From the IMG/VR virus record IMGVR_UViG_3300031485_000046: 64,000 nt of DNA; one strand, given 5' to 3'. A program made the position numbers and the translations under genes. The notes beneath the pieces were generated by a model. It did not search any database, was not told the DNA's origin, and saw nothing but the letters and a program-made list of their open reading frames with translations. This document shows positions 18,894 through 27,578 of the stretch, in pieces. Every line of letters starts with the position of its first letter. The first letter of the stretch is position 1. This DNA is from a virus.

Positions 18894-19684
18894 TCCTTAC
18901 CCTCCTTTTTTTCTATAATTTCATCATATTCATTTTCTTTACCAGAGTTTATTATACAACGAACAGCTTCCAAATCAGCAGGAGTATCTACACTAGGTCC
19001 AACTTTTTTTGCTCTTGTTATTTCTACTTTAATGGAAAAATCATGTTCTAATATTCTGAGCTGTTCCAGTGATTCTGCTGATGCCAAAGGTGTTTGTGGC
19101 ATTTTGGCATAATAATGGATTAAGAAACGTCTAGTAAATCCATAAATTCCTATATGTCGGTAGATGGGATATACTTCTTCCGGATCTCTAATAAAAGGGA
19201 TAGGAGACCTACTGAAATATAAAGCATCTCCATTTATTCTGAATGCCACTTTTACTACCGATGGATCATTGATAGTAGCGGTATCTGTAATAAGGGCACA
19301 TATCGTAGCAGATTCCGTAGCCCTATTTTCAGTTTTATAAAATAATGATATTACTTCATCAATCATACAAGGATTAAGTAATGGTTCATCCCCTTGTATG
19401 TTTATCACTATATTATTATTAGAGAATTTTTTAGCTATTTCCACAACTCTACTAGTTCCGTTTGTATGATTTGGAGAAGTTAGCATAGCTTCTCCACCGA
19501 AATTATTTACAGCCTGCACGATTCTTTCATCGTCAGTAGCTACAATCAACCGGTCAAGTAAAGTAGATCGTGAGGCTCGCTCGTACACTCTCTGGATCAT
19601 TGTTTTTCCGCATATATCAGCTAGAGGTTTACCGGGGAGCCTTGTAGAATTGTATCTAGCGGGGATAACTCCTAAAGTTATCAT
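18890..19684 (-). CDS. kdsB: CMP-Kdo synthetase-like cytidylyltransferase (3-deoxy-manno-octulosonate cytidylyltransferase family)
   Basis: IPARYNSTRLPGKPL, VATDDE, GGE, QGDEP, ALYFSR, HIGIYGF, LEQLR, VDTPADLE match KdsB signature blocks as recalled. Confidence 0.85.
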   Translation of the reverse strand: MITLGVIPARYNSTRLPGKPLADICGKTMIQRVYERASRSTLLDRLIVATDDERIVQAVNNFGGEAMLTSPNHTNGTSRVVEIAKKFSNNNIVINIQGDEPLLNPCMIDEVISLFYKTENRATESATICALITDTATINDPSVVKVAFRINGDALYFSRSPIPFIRDPEEVYPIYRHIGIYGFTRRFLIHYYAKMPQTPLASAESLEQLRILEHDFSIKVEITRAKKVGPSVDTPADLEAVRCIINSGKENEYDEIIEKKEGKE

Positions 19685-19703
19685 TATTTATCACTTCCAT
19701 TCA

Positions 19704-19850
19704 TTATTTAAGATTATGTGGTACTTTTTTGTCAAGTTCCAGTAATTTTGCATTAACTTTTTCTAGTTCAGCCATGAGAAATATTACCATATCGCATCTA
19801 TCAGGTAGTATTTTTTCTTTACCTGTTACTTTCCTCCATAATTCTACCAT
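19704..19850 (-). CDS. Short ORF (48 aa) paralogous to C-terminal half of the 20615-20914 protein; not in ORF track
   Basis: ELWRKVTGKEKILPDRCDMVIFLMAELEKVNAKL vs RLWRKTTGKDFIMPDRCDLVVYLMEELDKAKRRI; no clear RBS. Confidence 0.3.
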   Translation of the reverse strand: MVELWRKVTGKEKILPDRCDMVIFLMAELEKVNAKLLELDKKVPHNLK

Positions 19851-19906
19851 CGGGATTTGTCCAAAGTTTCTTGTTATTGTCGTATTTCTATCCAGTTCTA
19901 TAATAC

Positions 19907-20443
19907 TTATTCAGAAAGGTTGTCATGTTCACTTGCATTTTCCTCCTTTGTTGGAAGTGGTACCGGTAACTTTTCTTTTATGCAATTCATAAGGATTGTA
20001 TATTTCCTTTCTTGCATCATTTCTAATGCTTTTACCATCGTTTTTCCCCAACCATTACATGAATATTTTCCTAAGTCTTTAATGTAGGCAACGTATCCTT
20101 TCATTCCGTTTAGTTCTGTAGTCATTGGCTGAATTGTAATGGAATACGGAATTTTCATCAATTCATCTATAGTGGGATCCTCGTTTCTGTTTATATTTTG
20201 TGAAATTACCGACATATTTATCATGTCAAACCTATTAGACATACGGTCAGGTACGTTAATCGTAGCACCACATCCGGAGCATCGCAAAATTAAGGAATCT
20301 AATTCTGCAATCATTTTATATGGATTTGGATACGCATACTGTATTTGGTCAAGAGTGTCAATTGGTTTAGCGCAAAGTGGGCAAATTATTTGTCTACCGT
20401 CACAAAACAATACATAACGCCCTTGTCCTATAGAAAGACTCAT
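19907..20443 (-). CDS. Hypothetical protein with paired CxxC motifs
   Basis: 178-codon ORF with AAAGGAG RBS. Confidence 0.6.
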   Translation of the reverse strand: MSLSIGQGRYVLFCDGRQIICPLCAKPIDTLDQIQYAYPNPYKMIAELDSLILRCSGCGATINVPDRMSNRFDMINMSVISQNINRNEDPTIDELMKIPYSITIQPMTTELNGMKGYVAYIKDLGKYSCNGWGKTMVKALEMMQERKYTILMNCIKEKLPVPLPTKEENASEHDNLSE

Positions 20444-20637
20444 TCTTCCATCTCCTTTTTAAGCAAAGCCTTCTGCATTTTCCCCAAAGCCGCAAACAAC
20501 GTATCTTTACAACCCGTATAGATATACAGACTGCCCACAACTTTACCATCAACGAGTACAGTATATGTAGGAGATTTGATTGGCCCATGGTTCTCTTCGA
20601 GTATTATCACTATTTCATTCCCCCTTTTCCATTTCAC
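20440..20637 (-). CDS. Hypothetical small protein
   Basis: GTG start, no clear RBS, overlaps upstream gene by 23 nt. Confidence 0.35.
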   Translation of the reverse strand: MKWKRGNEIVIILEENHGPIKSPTYTVLVDGKVVGSLYIYTGCKDTLFAALGKMQKALLKKEMEE

Positions 20638-20914
20638 GTATTCTACGTTTAGCTTTATCCAATTCCTCCATCAGATATACTACTAAATCACATCTGTCTG
20701 GCATGATAAAATCTTTCCCTGTTGTTTTTCGCCATAGTCTTACCGCTCTCATATCCGCTTTCCATACAATATCGAACACATTCTGGAGTTGTTTAGCGTC
20801 TTCTTTCAAGGAATCCACGAGCATTTTCATATTTTCTAACCGTTTTTTCAAGGAATCTCTCTCTTTAACCAGCTTTTCTAGTTCTTGCATGAGCAATTTT
20901 CGATCACTTTCCAT
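20615..20914 (-). CDS. Hypothetical coiled-coil protein
   Basis: ATG 20912-20914 with AAGGAGGG RBS. Confidence 0.55.
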   Translation of the reverse strand: MESDRKLLMQELEKLVKERDSLKKRLENMKMLVDSLKEDAKQLQNVFDIVWKADMRAVRLWRKTTGKDFIMPDRCDLVVYLMEELDKAKRRIREMEKGE

Positions 20915-21044
20915 CAATGTCCCTCCTTATAAATTTGCGCTTCACTATATTATACAACACCATTTTTGCTCATTTATACATAGTTTTCCATGAAAATTGT
21001 GTTTAATTTGCAATTATAGTATACTGTATAGTTTTCTGTCATAG

Positions 21045-21073
21045 TAGACAAAATTGAATTATGGGTATATAAT
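21045..21073 (+). promoter_or_regulatory. Sigma-70-like promoter for morphogenesis operon
   Basis: TAGACA (21045-21050), 17-nt spacer, TATAAT (21068-21073). Confidence 0.5.
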
Positions 21074-21095
21074 GTATTTATAATACGGTAAGGAG

Positions 21096-22556
21096 GTGAG
21101 TAGGATAGAAAATATCAGTACCAACGAATTGGTTGGGCAATTACAGCGGATTACAGCTATGGCTGAACTGGCTACAAGAATGAATGTCGGTGCTAGGATG
21201 GGAATGCAGTATGACGGCCAACGGGATATTGCAAAAGCTCTTGGCTACCCACAAACAATACGGTACAACGACCTCCTTGCCGCATATACCCGTCAGGATA
21301 TGGCGAAAGCCATTATAGATCGTCCCGTAAAATCTACTTGGCGTGGAGATTTCAAGCTAGTAGAAACCCACAGGGACGATGATACGCAACTCGAAACAGC
21401 TTGGTCTACATTATATAGGAAATTGCACATAAAACAGAATTTCCTTAGAGTGGACAAGCTAGCCTGCCTCGGTAATTATGCTCTTCTTTTTCTTGGTTTC
21501 AATGATGTGAATAGTCCTGAAGAATTGATACGACCTGTTTCTGCTGGAGTAGGACGTGAATTGCTGTATTTGAAACCGTTTGGACAGAATGTCATTCAGA
21601 TCAAAGATTGGGAAGATGATACAAGTTCACCTGAATATGGAATGCCGCTTATTTATGAAGTAGACATTGGAGAAGCATCATCTAAAAAGAGCCGAACTGT
21701 CAGCATCCATCGGTCAAGGATTGTTCATGTAGCTTTCGACCTACTTGAATCAGAGTATGAAGGTGCTCCTGTTCTAGAAGTTGTTTTTAACCGTCTGAAA
21801 GACCTTGAAAAGCTAGTAGGCGGTTCTGCTGAAATGTTCTGGAGAGGTGCTAGACCTGGATATGCAGGTAAAATTGATCCAGAATACATGCTGACGAAAG
21901 ATACGGAAGAGGGATTGAAACGCCAGCTGGATGAGTTTGAAAATAATCTGCGAAGGATACTCATGCTTGAAGGTGTTACACTCGATAGCCTTGAGCCGCA
22001 GGTAGTTGACCCGTCTATGCACGTTGATATCCAGATTCAGATGATTTCTGCTATTACTGGTATTCCTAAGAGAATTCTTACAGGAAGTGAGCGAGGTGAT
22101 CTTGCTTCTACGCAAGACAAAGATAACTGGCTCGACCTTATCCAAATGCGACGGGAAGAATATGCTGAACCTAAGATCATTCGAGCAACCATTGACCGTT
22201 GTATTGAATTTGGTGTGCTTCCTAAGCCTGAAAAGGAAACATACAAAATAAAATGGCAGGATCTTTATGCACCGTCTGTTAAGGATCAAGCGGACATTGG
22301 GCAGATACGTTCGCTTGCCTTGAAACATTATACGTACAATCCTGAAGCAGAGCAGTTTATCCCGTTTGAAGCGTTCCTTACATTCTTCCTTGGTTTGGAA
22401 GATGAGGAAGTGGAGTATATCAAAAAGCTCCAGCAAACAAGTGAAAGGATATTGACGCCTGAATTAAAGGAACTTGCGAATGAAAATGCACCAACACGGA
22501 GAGAACGCCCTCCGCGGAGAGGAATACCTCGAGAGGATGAAGAACTAGAAAAGTGA
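21096..22556 (+). CDS. Portal protein
   Basis: Size and position (first gene of head module after terminase region); GTG start abuts RBS so true start may be downstream. Confidence 0.75.
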   Translation: MSRIENISTNELVGQLQRITAMAELATRMNVGARMGMQYDGQRDIAKALGYPQTIRYNDLLAAYTRQDMAKAIIDRPVKSTWRGDFKLVETHRDDDTQLETAWSTLYRKLHIKQNFLRVDKLACLGNYALLFLGFNDVNSPEELIRPVSAGVGRELLYLKPFGQNVIQIKDWEDDTSSPEYGMPLIYEVDIGEASSKKSRTVSIHRSRIVHVAFDLLESEYEGAPVLEVVFNRLKDLEKLVGGSAEMFWRGARPGYAGKIDPEYMLTKDTEEGLKRQLDEFENNLRRILMLEGVTLDSLEPQVVDPSMHVDIQIQMISAITGIPKRILTGSERGDLASTQDKDNWLDLIQMRREEYAEPKIIRATIDRCIEFGVLPKPEKETYKIKWQDLYAPSVKDQADIGQIRSLALKHYTYNPEAEQFIPFEAFLTFFLGLEDEEVEYIKKLQQTSERILTPELKELANENAPTRRERPPRRGIPREDEELEK

Positions 22557-22568
22557 GCAGGCTATTGG

Positions 22569-22629
22569 GGCAGACTAGGGAAATAACTACACTTACTTAT
22601 AATGGGCAGGTTTATTTGCCCTAGTCTGC
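22569..22629 (+). promoter_or_regulatory. Stem-loop between portal and scaffold genes
   Basis: GGCAGACTAGGG (22569-22580) pairs with CCCTAGTCTGC (22619-22629); internal GGGCA/TGCCC sub-hairpin. Confidence 0.4.
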
Positions 22630-22696
22630 TTCTCCTGCTCCAGCTATTCTTCATTCTCCTGATAATATAGATTGCAAAGGAGGTGGTGATTAAACA

Positions 22697-24121
22697 ATGA
22701 CAACCGCAGTAATCAGTATGTATCAGGTGCAGGCAAATAATTATGAAATTCGTATGGAAACGTACATGGGAAGAAAGCATTTGATCGTTCCTGTAGTGAT
22801 GATGGTAGAAGGTGTGCATTGTGGTAGTGCTGGCCCGTTGTTTCATTCAATAGAAGAGCTTGGTAAGTACCCTGATTCTTGGAATGGAATCCCTGTTTCT
22901 ATTCAGCATCCCGAGCAAGATGGGCAGTATATTTCCGCAAACAGTCCTGAAGTTCTTGAACGGCAGACTGTTGGGCAGGTTTTCAATACGTTTGTTGATG
23001 GAAATAAGCTAAAAGCAGAGTGCTGGATTGACATTGAACGTATTACCACTATTAGTCCAGAAGCATACGCATATCTCCAGAATAAACGACCTCTGGAAGT
23101 GAGTATTGGTGTGTTTTCAGATGATATTCCACAAGAAGGCGATTGGAACGGAGAACATTATATAGCTGTTGCCACCAATCATCGTCCTGATCATCTTGCT
23201 CTTCTTCCTGGTGGCAGAGGTGCGTGTTCCTGGGCAGATGGAGCAGGTATCAGAGCCAATTCTATGAAGAAAGGAGGAGAGCCGGTGGATATTACTGCAA
23301 CGATAAAGGATCTTGTGTGTAAAGGATATGGAGTTCTATCGTATCAGAGTAATGAAGGTTTTCGTTCCATTATGTCGCAGATACAGGATGTGCTCAATGG
23401 GTACGATACGGGTCTAAAACTGCATTATCTGTCGGAAGTATACGAGGATTTTTTCGTATATGAGGTGAATTCTCGTATCAATCCAGAAACCTACATTACA
23501 TCCGTAAAGTATTACAAACGTCCGTATTCTGTTAATGAAGATGGAAAAGTTACGCTGGGAGATGTAGCTACGGAAGTGATGCGCAAAATTGTGTATGATG
23601 AGGTTAAAACTAATTCCAAGTATCGAAGAAAGGATGATGTGAAAGTGGACAAAGCAAAAATGGATATTCTGGTCCAGAGCGGAGTGTTTTCCGAAGCTGA
23701 CCAGGAGTGGCTTACGGGACTCGATGCCGAGCGCCTTGATAAGCTGGTTACTGCTTGCACTAAGAAAGTGGAAACTCCGCAGGCGAATGAGGCGAAAGTG
23801 GATATTCCCACAGTCATTCAGGCACTGGCTGAACAGTTTAAGACTCCTGAGCAGTACATCCAGCTGATGCCGGAAGAAATGCGTGATCAGATGGAATCGG
23901 GACTGAAACTGCACAGGGAACAGCGTCAGGCAGTCATTGACAAGATCAAGGCGTTCAATGTATTTTCGGAAGAAGAGCTTCAGAAAAAATCTATGGATGA
24001 ACTGAACAAGATTTCTAAGCTGATTCCTGCGCCTAGGGATTATTCGCTTGCCGGAGCCAAATCTGTCAATACGAATACGGAAACTGAGGAAGTTCTGCTT
24101 CCTCTCGGGCTGAAAGCCTAA
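22697..24121 (+). CDS. Putative prohead protease/scaffolding protein
   Basis: Position after portal; N-terminal globular domain followed by acidic coiled-coil region; RBS AAAGGAGGTGGTG. Confidence 0.55.
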   Translation: MTTAVISMYQVQANNYEIRMETYMGRKHLIVPVVMMVEGVHCGSAGPLFHSIEELGKYPDSWNGIPVSIQHPEQDGQYISANSPEVLERQTVGQVFNTFVDGNKLKAECWIDIERITTISPEAYAYLQNKRPLEVSIGVFSDDIPQEGDWNGEHYIAVATNHRPDHLALLPGGRGACSWADGAGIRANSMKKGGEPVDITATIKDLVCKGYGVLSYQSNEGFRSIMSQIQDVLNGYDTGLKLHYLSEVYEDFFVYEVNSRINPETYITSVKYYKRPYSVNEDGKVTLGDVATEVMRKIVYDEVKTNSKYRRKDDVKVDKAKMDILVQSGVFSEADQEWLTGLDAERLDKLVTACTKKVETPQANEAKVDIPTVIQALAEQFKTPEQYIQLMPEEMRDQMESGLKLHREQRQAVIDKIKAFNVFSEEELQKKSMDELNKISKLIPAPRDYSLAGAKSVNTNTETEEVLLPLGLKA

Positions 24122-24142
24122 TAAAAAGGAGGGTAAAAGAAT

Positions 24143-24634
24143 ATGGCGTACAATACCATCAAAGTTAAGAAGTATTCGGATGTTATTGAGGAGAAAGTTG
24201 CCAGTGCGGCAATCACTCCGGGTATGCTTCTCATCATTGAAAGTGCAGGTACTGTGAAAGCGCACGATCAGGCGGATAAGGACGCATTTCCTATTTTCGC
24301 ACTTGAGGACGAACTTCAGGGCAAAGGGATTGATGATGCGTATGCAGCGAATGACCCTGTCCAGTGCTGGATTCCCTATCGCGGAGATATTGTGAATGCT
24401 ATTCTCGCTGACGGACAGAAGGTTGTTATTGGGGATCCTCTTACCAGTGATGGCTACGGTCGCCTGAAGAAGCATGTTACCGACGTTGGTGCGTCTGCGG
24501 CTGAACTTGTTTCCGTGTACCCGCTACAGATTGTTGGGTATGCCGCCGAAGCTCTTGACCTGTCTGGTTCTAGCGGAGCCGAAGTTTCAGGCCCTCTCGG
24601 CTATCACAAGCGCCTGCTCGTCAGGATTGCGTAA
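24143..24634 (+). CDS. Putative head decoration protein
   Basis: Small ORF immediately upstream of capsid gene (lambda D-E-like order); RBS AAGGAGGG. Confidence 0.45.
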   Translation: MAYNTIKVKKYSDVIEEKVASAAITPGMLLIIESAGTVKAHDQADKDAFPIFALEDELQGKGIDDAYAANDPVQCWIPYRGDIVNAILADGQKVVIGDPLTSDGYGRLKKHVTDVGASAAELVSVYPLQIVGYAAEALDLSGSSGAEVSGPLGYHKRLLVRIA

Positions 24635-24661
24635 TCACAAACATAAGGAGGAGTGCTGAAT

Positions 24662-25783
24662 ATGGAACCCAATGTCTATATGGATTTTCTTGCTAACGGA
24701 GCGGCTCAGGGAGAAGTTGCCCAGAACCTTCAGGTGAATGGTCGGCTTGATCCTGCTATGCTTCGTCCGTATATTGGAAGGGATGGAGCATCCTACATCA
24801 CCGTCTGCAAACACGGTGCTGATCCCAAGGATCCTAAGAGTTATCAGTCTATCCGCGTGAATTCTGGTGCAACTCTTCGCAGAGAAGAGTGGCAGTATCT
24901 GGACGAGGCTGTTCTCAATGTTTCTCGGTATCGTCTTGGCGGTATTGCTGACCTTGAGGCAAACGGACTTGTTTACAACCTCAACAATGCTATGGGAACC
25001 ACCGTTCTTGAGTACCATGATGTATCTGACGCTTTCGAGGCAGAACTTACGATGGATGGGGTTACTAGGAGCAAGGGAGACCGTGTGAATTTCGGTGCAA
25101 AGTACCTGCCCATTCCTATCATTCATGTGGACTACGAGATTAATGCTCGTGTTCTTGCCGCTTCTCGTAGCCTTGGTAATGCGCTCGATACGACTCAGGC
25201 AGAAGTTGCCGCTCGTAAGGTTATGGAGAAGCTAGAGAAAATGATGTTCACCAGCGAAACTTACTCGTTTGGTGGGGGAACAATCTATTCTCTTGTCAAT
25301 CATCCTCATCGTAATCCTGTTACTCTCACGGTGAATTGGGATGATAGTACGTCTACTTCTTCTGGTGATCCTGTCATTACAGGTGCAAAGATCATTCAGG
25401 ATGTTCTTGCTATGAAGCAGGCAAGCATTGATGCTTACCACTATGGTCCCTGGATGCTATACATTCCGACCGCATACGAAACAGTCCTTGACTCGGATTA
25501 TGATACCGTTACGCCTGGCACTACGATTCGGGAGAGGATTATGAAGATCGAAGGTATCAAAGGTATCAAGGTTATTGATGTACTCGCTTCCAATAACGTG
25601 CTCCTTGTGCAGATGACCCCCGATGTGGTTCGCCTTGTGAAGGGCATGGCTATTCAGAACGTGGAATGGCAGACTGAGGGACGCTTCATCAATAAGTACA
25701 AAGTTATGACGATCCAGGTTCCTCAGGTTCGTTCTGACTACAACCAGAAGAGCGGCATCGTTCATCTCGCTCCTGCACCCTAA
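24662..25783 (+). CDS. Major capsid protein
   Basis: Size and position; ATG 24662 with AAGGAGG RBS. Confidence 0.7.
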   Translation: MEPNVYMDFLANGAAQGEVAQNLQVNGRLDPAMLRPYIGRDGASYITVCKHGADPKDPKSYQSIRVNSGATLRREEWQYLDEAVLNVSRYRLGGIADLEANGLVYNLNNAMGTTVLEYHDVSDAFEAELTMDGVTRSKGDRVNFGAKYLPIPIIHVDYEINARVLAASRSLGNALDTTQAEVAARKVMEKLEKMMFTSETYSFGGGTIYSLVNHPHRNPVTLTVNWDDSTSTSSGDPVITGAKIIQDVLAMKQASIDAYHYGPWMLYIPTAYETVLDSDYDTVTPGTTIRERIMKIEGIKGIKVIDVLASNNVLLVQMTPDVVRLVKGMAIQNVEWQTEGRFINKYKVMTIQVPQVRSDYNQKSGIVHLAPAP

Positions 25784-25830
25784 AGGTTAATATCAGGCTA
25801 ATCACGCCTATATAAAGGAGGCATGTAAAA

Positions 25831-26259
25831 ATGGTTGAAAGTAAGGCAGTAAAGAAAAAGGTAGTAAAGAAAAAGGTTGTTGAAAAGAAAGAACCTGAAA
25901 TTACTACTTCCAAAACTGAGGTGATTACTCCTCAGATTGTTGTTACCCCTCCGGGAATGTGTACATGGAGGAAAAAGGAAGGTGCTACATTCAGGCTTGG
26001 TAATGGTAAGAAAGTAAAGCCGAATGAAGTATTCAAGGCGTATCCTCGTGAAATTCCGCCTGCATTTCGTGACCTGTTTGAATTGCTTGAAGGTGATGAG
26101 AATGCTGTGGAACGAGTGATTACCGCTCCTTCTAAGTTTGCTATTGGTGAACGTGAAGACGGTATGTTTGATGTAGTTGATCCTGATGGTAAGTGTATCA
26201 ATGATGTTCCGCTCGGTAAAGAGGATGCCGAAAAACTGCTTATAGCACTCTCTACTTGA
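25831..26259 (+). CDS. Hypothetical protein with lysine-rich N-terminus
   Basis: RBS AAGGAGG; 142 codons. Confidence 0.6.
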   Translation: MVESKAVKKKVVKKKVVEKKEPEITTSKTEVITPQIVVTPPGMCTWRKKEGATFRLGNGKKVKPNEVFKAYPREIPPAFRDLFELLEGDENAVERVITAPSKFAIGEREDGMFDVVDPDGKCINDVPLGKEDAEKLLIALST

Positions 26260-26263
26260 TACA

Positions 26264-26977
26264 ATGCGGGCGTGGAATACTCCGAGGATATGGGATAAAG
26301 GTGAATGTTGGATAATAGGAGGAGGACCTTCTATTATGCGACAGTTCCATATTCCTGAGAATGTGATTGAGGCGGTTAGAGAAAAAAGATTACCGCTTTC
26401 TGCATATTCTCCGTACATGGAAAGCATTCATTCTAAGCATATCATCGGAGTAAACATGGCATTCCAGCTAGGAAATTGGGTTGATTTTTGTTTCTTCGGA
26501 GACGATGGTTGGTTTCGGGACCATAGAAAAGAATTAGCCCAATTTACTGGTGTAAGGGTATCTTGCGCACCTATGTTCAGTAAAAATACGTACCATGCAG
26601 ATAATGGGGAACGTATTAAGTACCTAGCGCAGGATCCTAAAAAATCACACGGTATTAGTGAAGTACCTTACACCGTATGTTGGAATGCAAATAGCGGAGC
26701 GGCGGCAATCAGCCTAGCTTCTCATCTAGGTGCTAAAAAGATTGTTCTGTTAGGATTCGATATGCAGTTAGATCCTAATGGAAATAGTCATTGGCACAAA
26801 GAGTATCAAATGAATCCAGCAAAACGATCCGTGTTTCCTCGACACCTTAGAGGGTTTCCAATTATCGCCGCGGATGCTAAACGGATGGGCATCGAAATAC
26901 TAAATGCCTCACCTGAAAGCGTAATAGACGATTTTCCTAAAATGACAGTGGAGGCGATATTGAATGGTTCTCCATAA
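26264..26977 (+). CDS. Sialyltransferase-like (CMP-sugar-dependent) glycosyltransferase candidate 1
   Basis: Motifs CWIIGGGPS, SGAAAISLASHLGAKKIVLLGFD, HWHKE resemble GT42/GT29-type and Maf/DUF115-type transferases (recalled). Confidence 0.6.
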   Translation: MRAWNTPRIWDKGECWIIGGGPSIMRQFHIPENVIEAVREKRLPLSAYSPYMESIHSKHIIGVNMAFQLGNWVDFCFFGDDGWFRDHRKELAQFTGVRVSCAPMFSKNTYHADNGERIKYLAQDPKKSHGISEVPYTVCWNANSGAAAISLASHLGAKKIVLLGFDMQLDPNGNSHWHKEYQMNPAKRSVFPRHLRGFPIIAADAKRMGIEILNASPESVIDDFPKMTVEAILNGSP

Positions 26978-27578
26978 AAACAATATCGCGGTTATAGGAC
27001 ACGGTCCTAGCACTCGTGGAAGGAAACTAGGCAGTTTCATTAACCTTTGTGATACGGTCATTCGCATGATCGAATGTGATTGGCAGGATGCAGAAGATTA
27101 CGGTAGTAAATATACGATCGGTGTATATGCTACGGGAGGATCTGACGATTTTACAAAGGTGATTGAACGAAAGCCTTCTCTTTGCTGGTGGGTGTACGTT
27201 GCGGCTGGAACCCGTCCTTCTACGGCGATGAATGATGATACAGTAGATGCTCCAGGTGTTGCGGGTCGTCCGATACGGTGGTTACGAAGAACCGTATGGG
27301 ATTGGATCGGTGATAATAAAAAGTTCTCTAGAGGTACTGCTGCCGCGATTGCGTCTATGGCGATCCTAAAACCCACTACAGTTCATTTAGTTGGGTTTGA
27401 TGATGTTGCAAGGGGTGGAATGCTGAAAGGAGCATATCATCCTCCTGAGTTGCAACAGTACCTCAAAGAACAAGGAAAGACACTTGCCAGAAGTGAAACA
27501 GACCATGATTGGAATAATGAAGGCACCGTACTCCAACGTGCCGCAGACTATTACGGAGTTGAGGTGAATTTTCTATGA
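26964..27578 (+). CDS. Sialyltransferase-like glycosyltransferase candidate 2 (paralogue)
   Basis: Motifs IAVIGHGPS, RGTAAAIASMAILKPTTVHLVGFDD, HDWNNE; RBS GGAGGCG. Confidence 0.6.
   Translation: MVLHKNNIAVIGHGPSTRGRKLGSFINLCDTVIRMIECDWQDAEDYGSKYTIGVYATGGSDDFTKVIERKPSLCWWVYVAAGTRPSTAMNDDTVDAPGVAGRPIRWLRRTVWDWIGDNKKFSRGTAAAIASMAILKPTTVHLVGFDDVARGGMLKGAYHPPELQQYLKEQGKTLARSETDHDWNNEGTVLQRAADYYGVEVNFL

Noticed and set aside
18890-19684. KdsB-like gene as evidence of phage-encoded LPS biosynthesis
   Set aside because: Only the nucleotide-activation step is present; no KdsA, KdsC, KdsD or WaaA homologues seen, so a full LPS pathway is not supported.
21725-22436. Minus-strand ORFs (79 and 207 aa) inside the portal gene
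   Set aside because: Antisense to the portal ORF, no RBS, composition-driven.
23414-24475. 353-aa minus-strand ORF across scaffold and decoration genes
   Set aside because: Antisense to two plus-strand genes with strong RBSs; composition-driven open frame.
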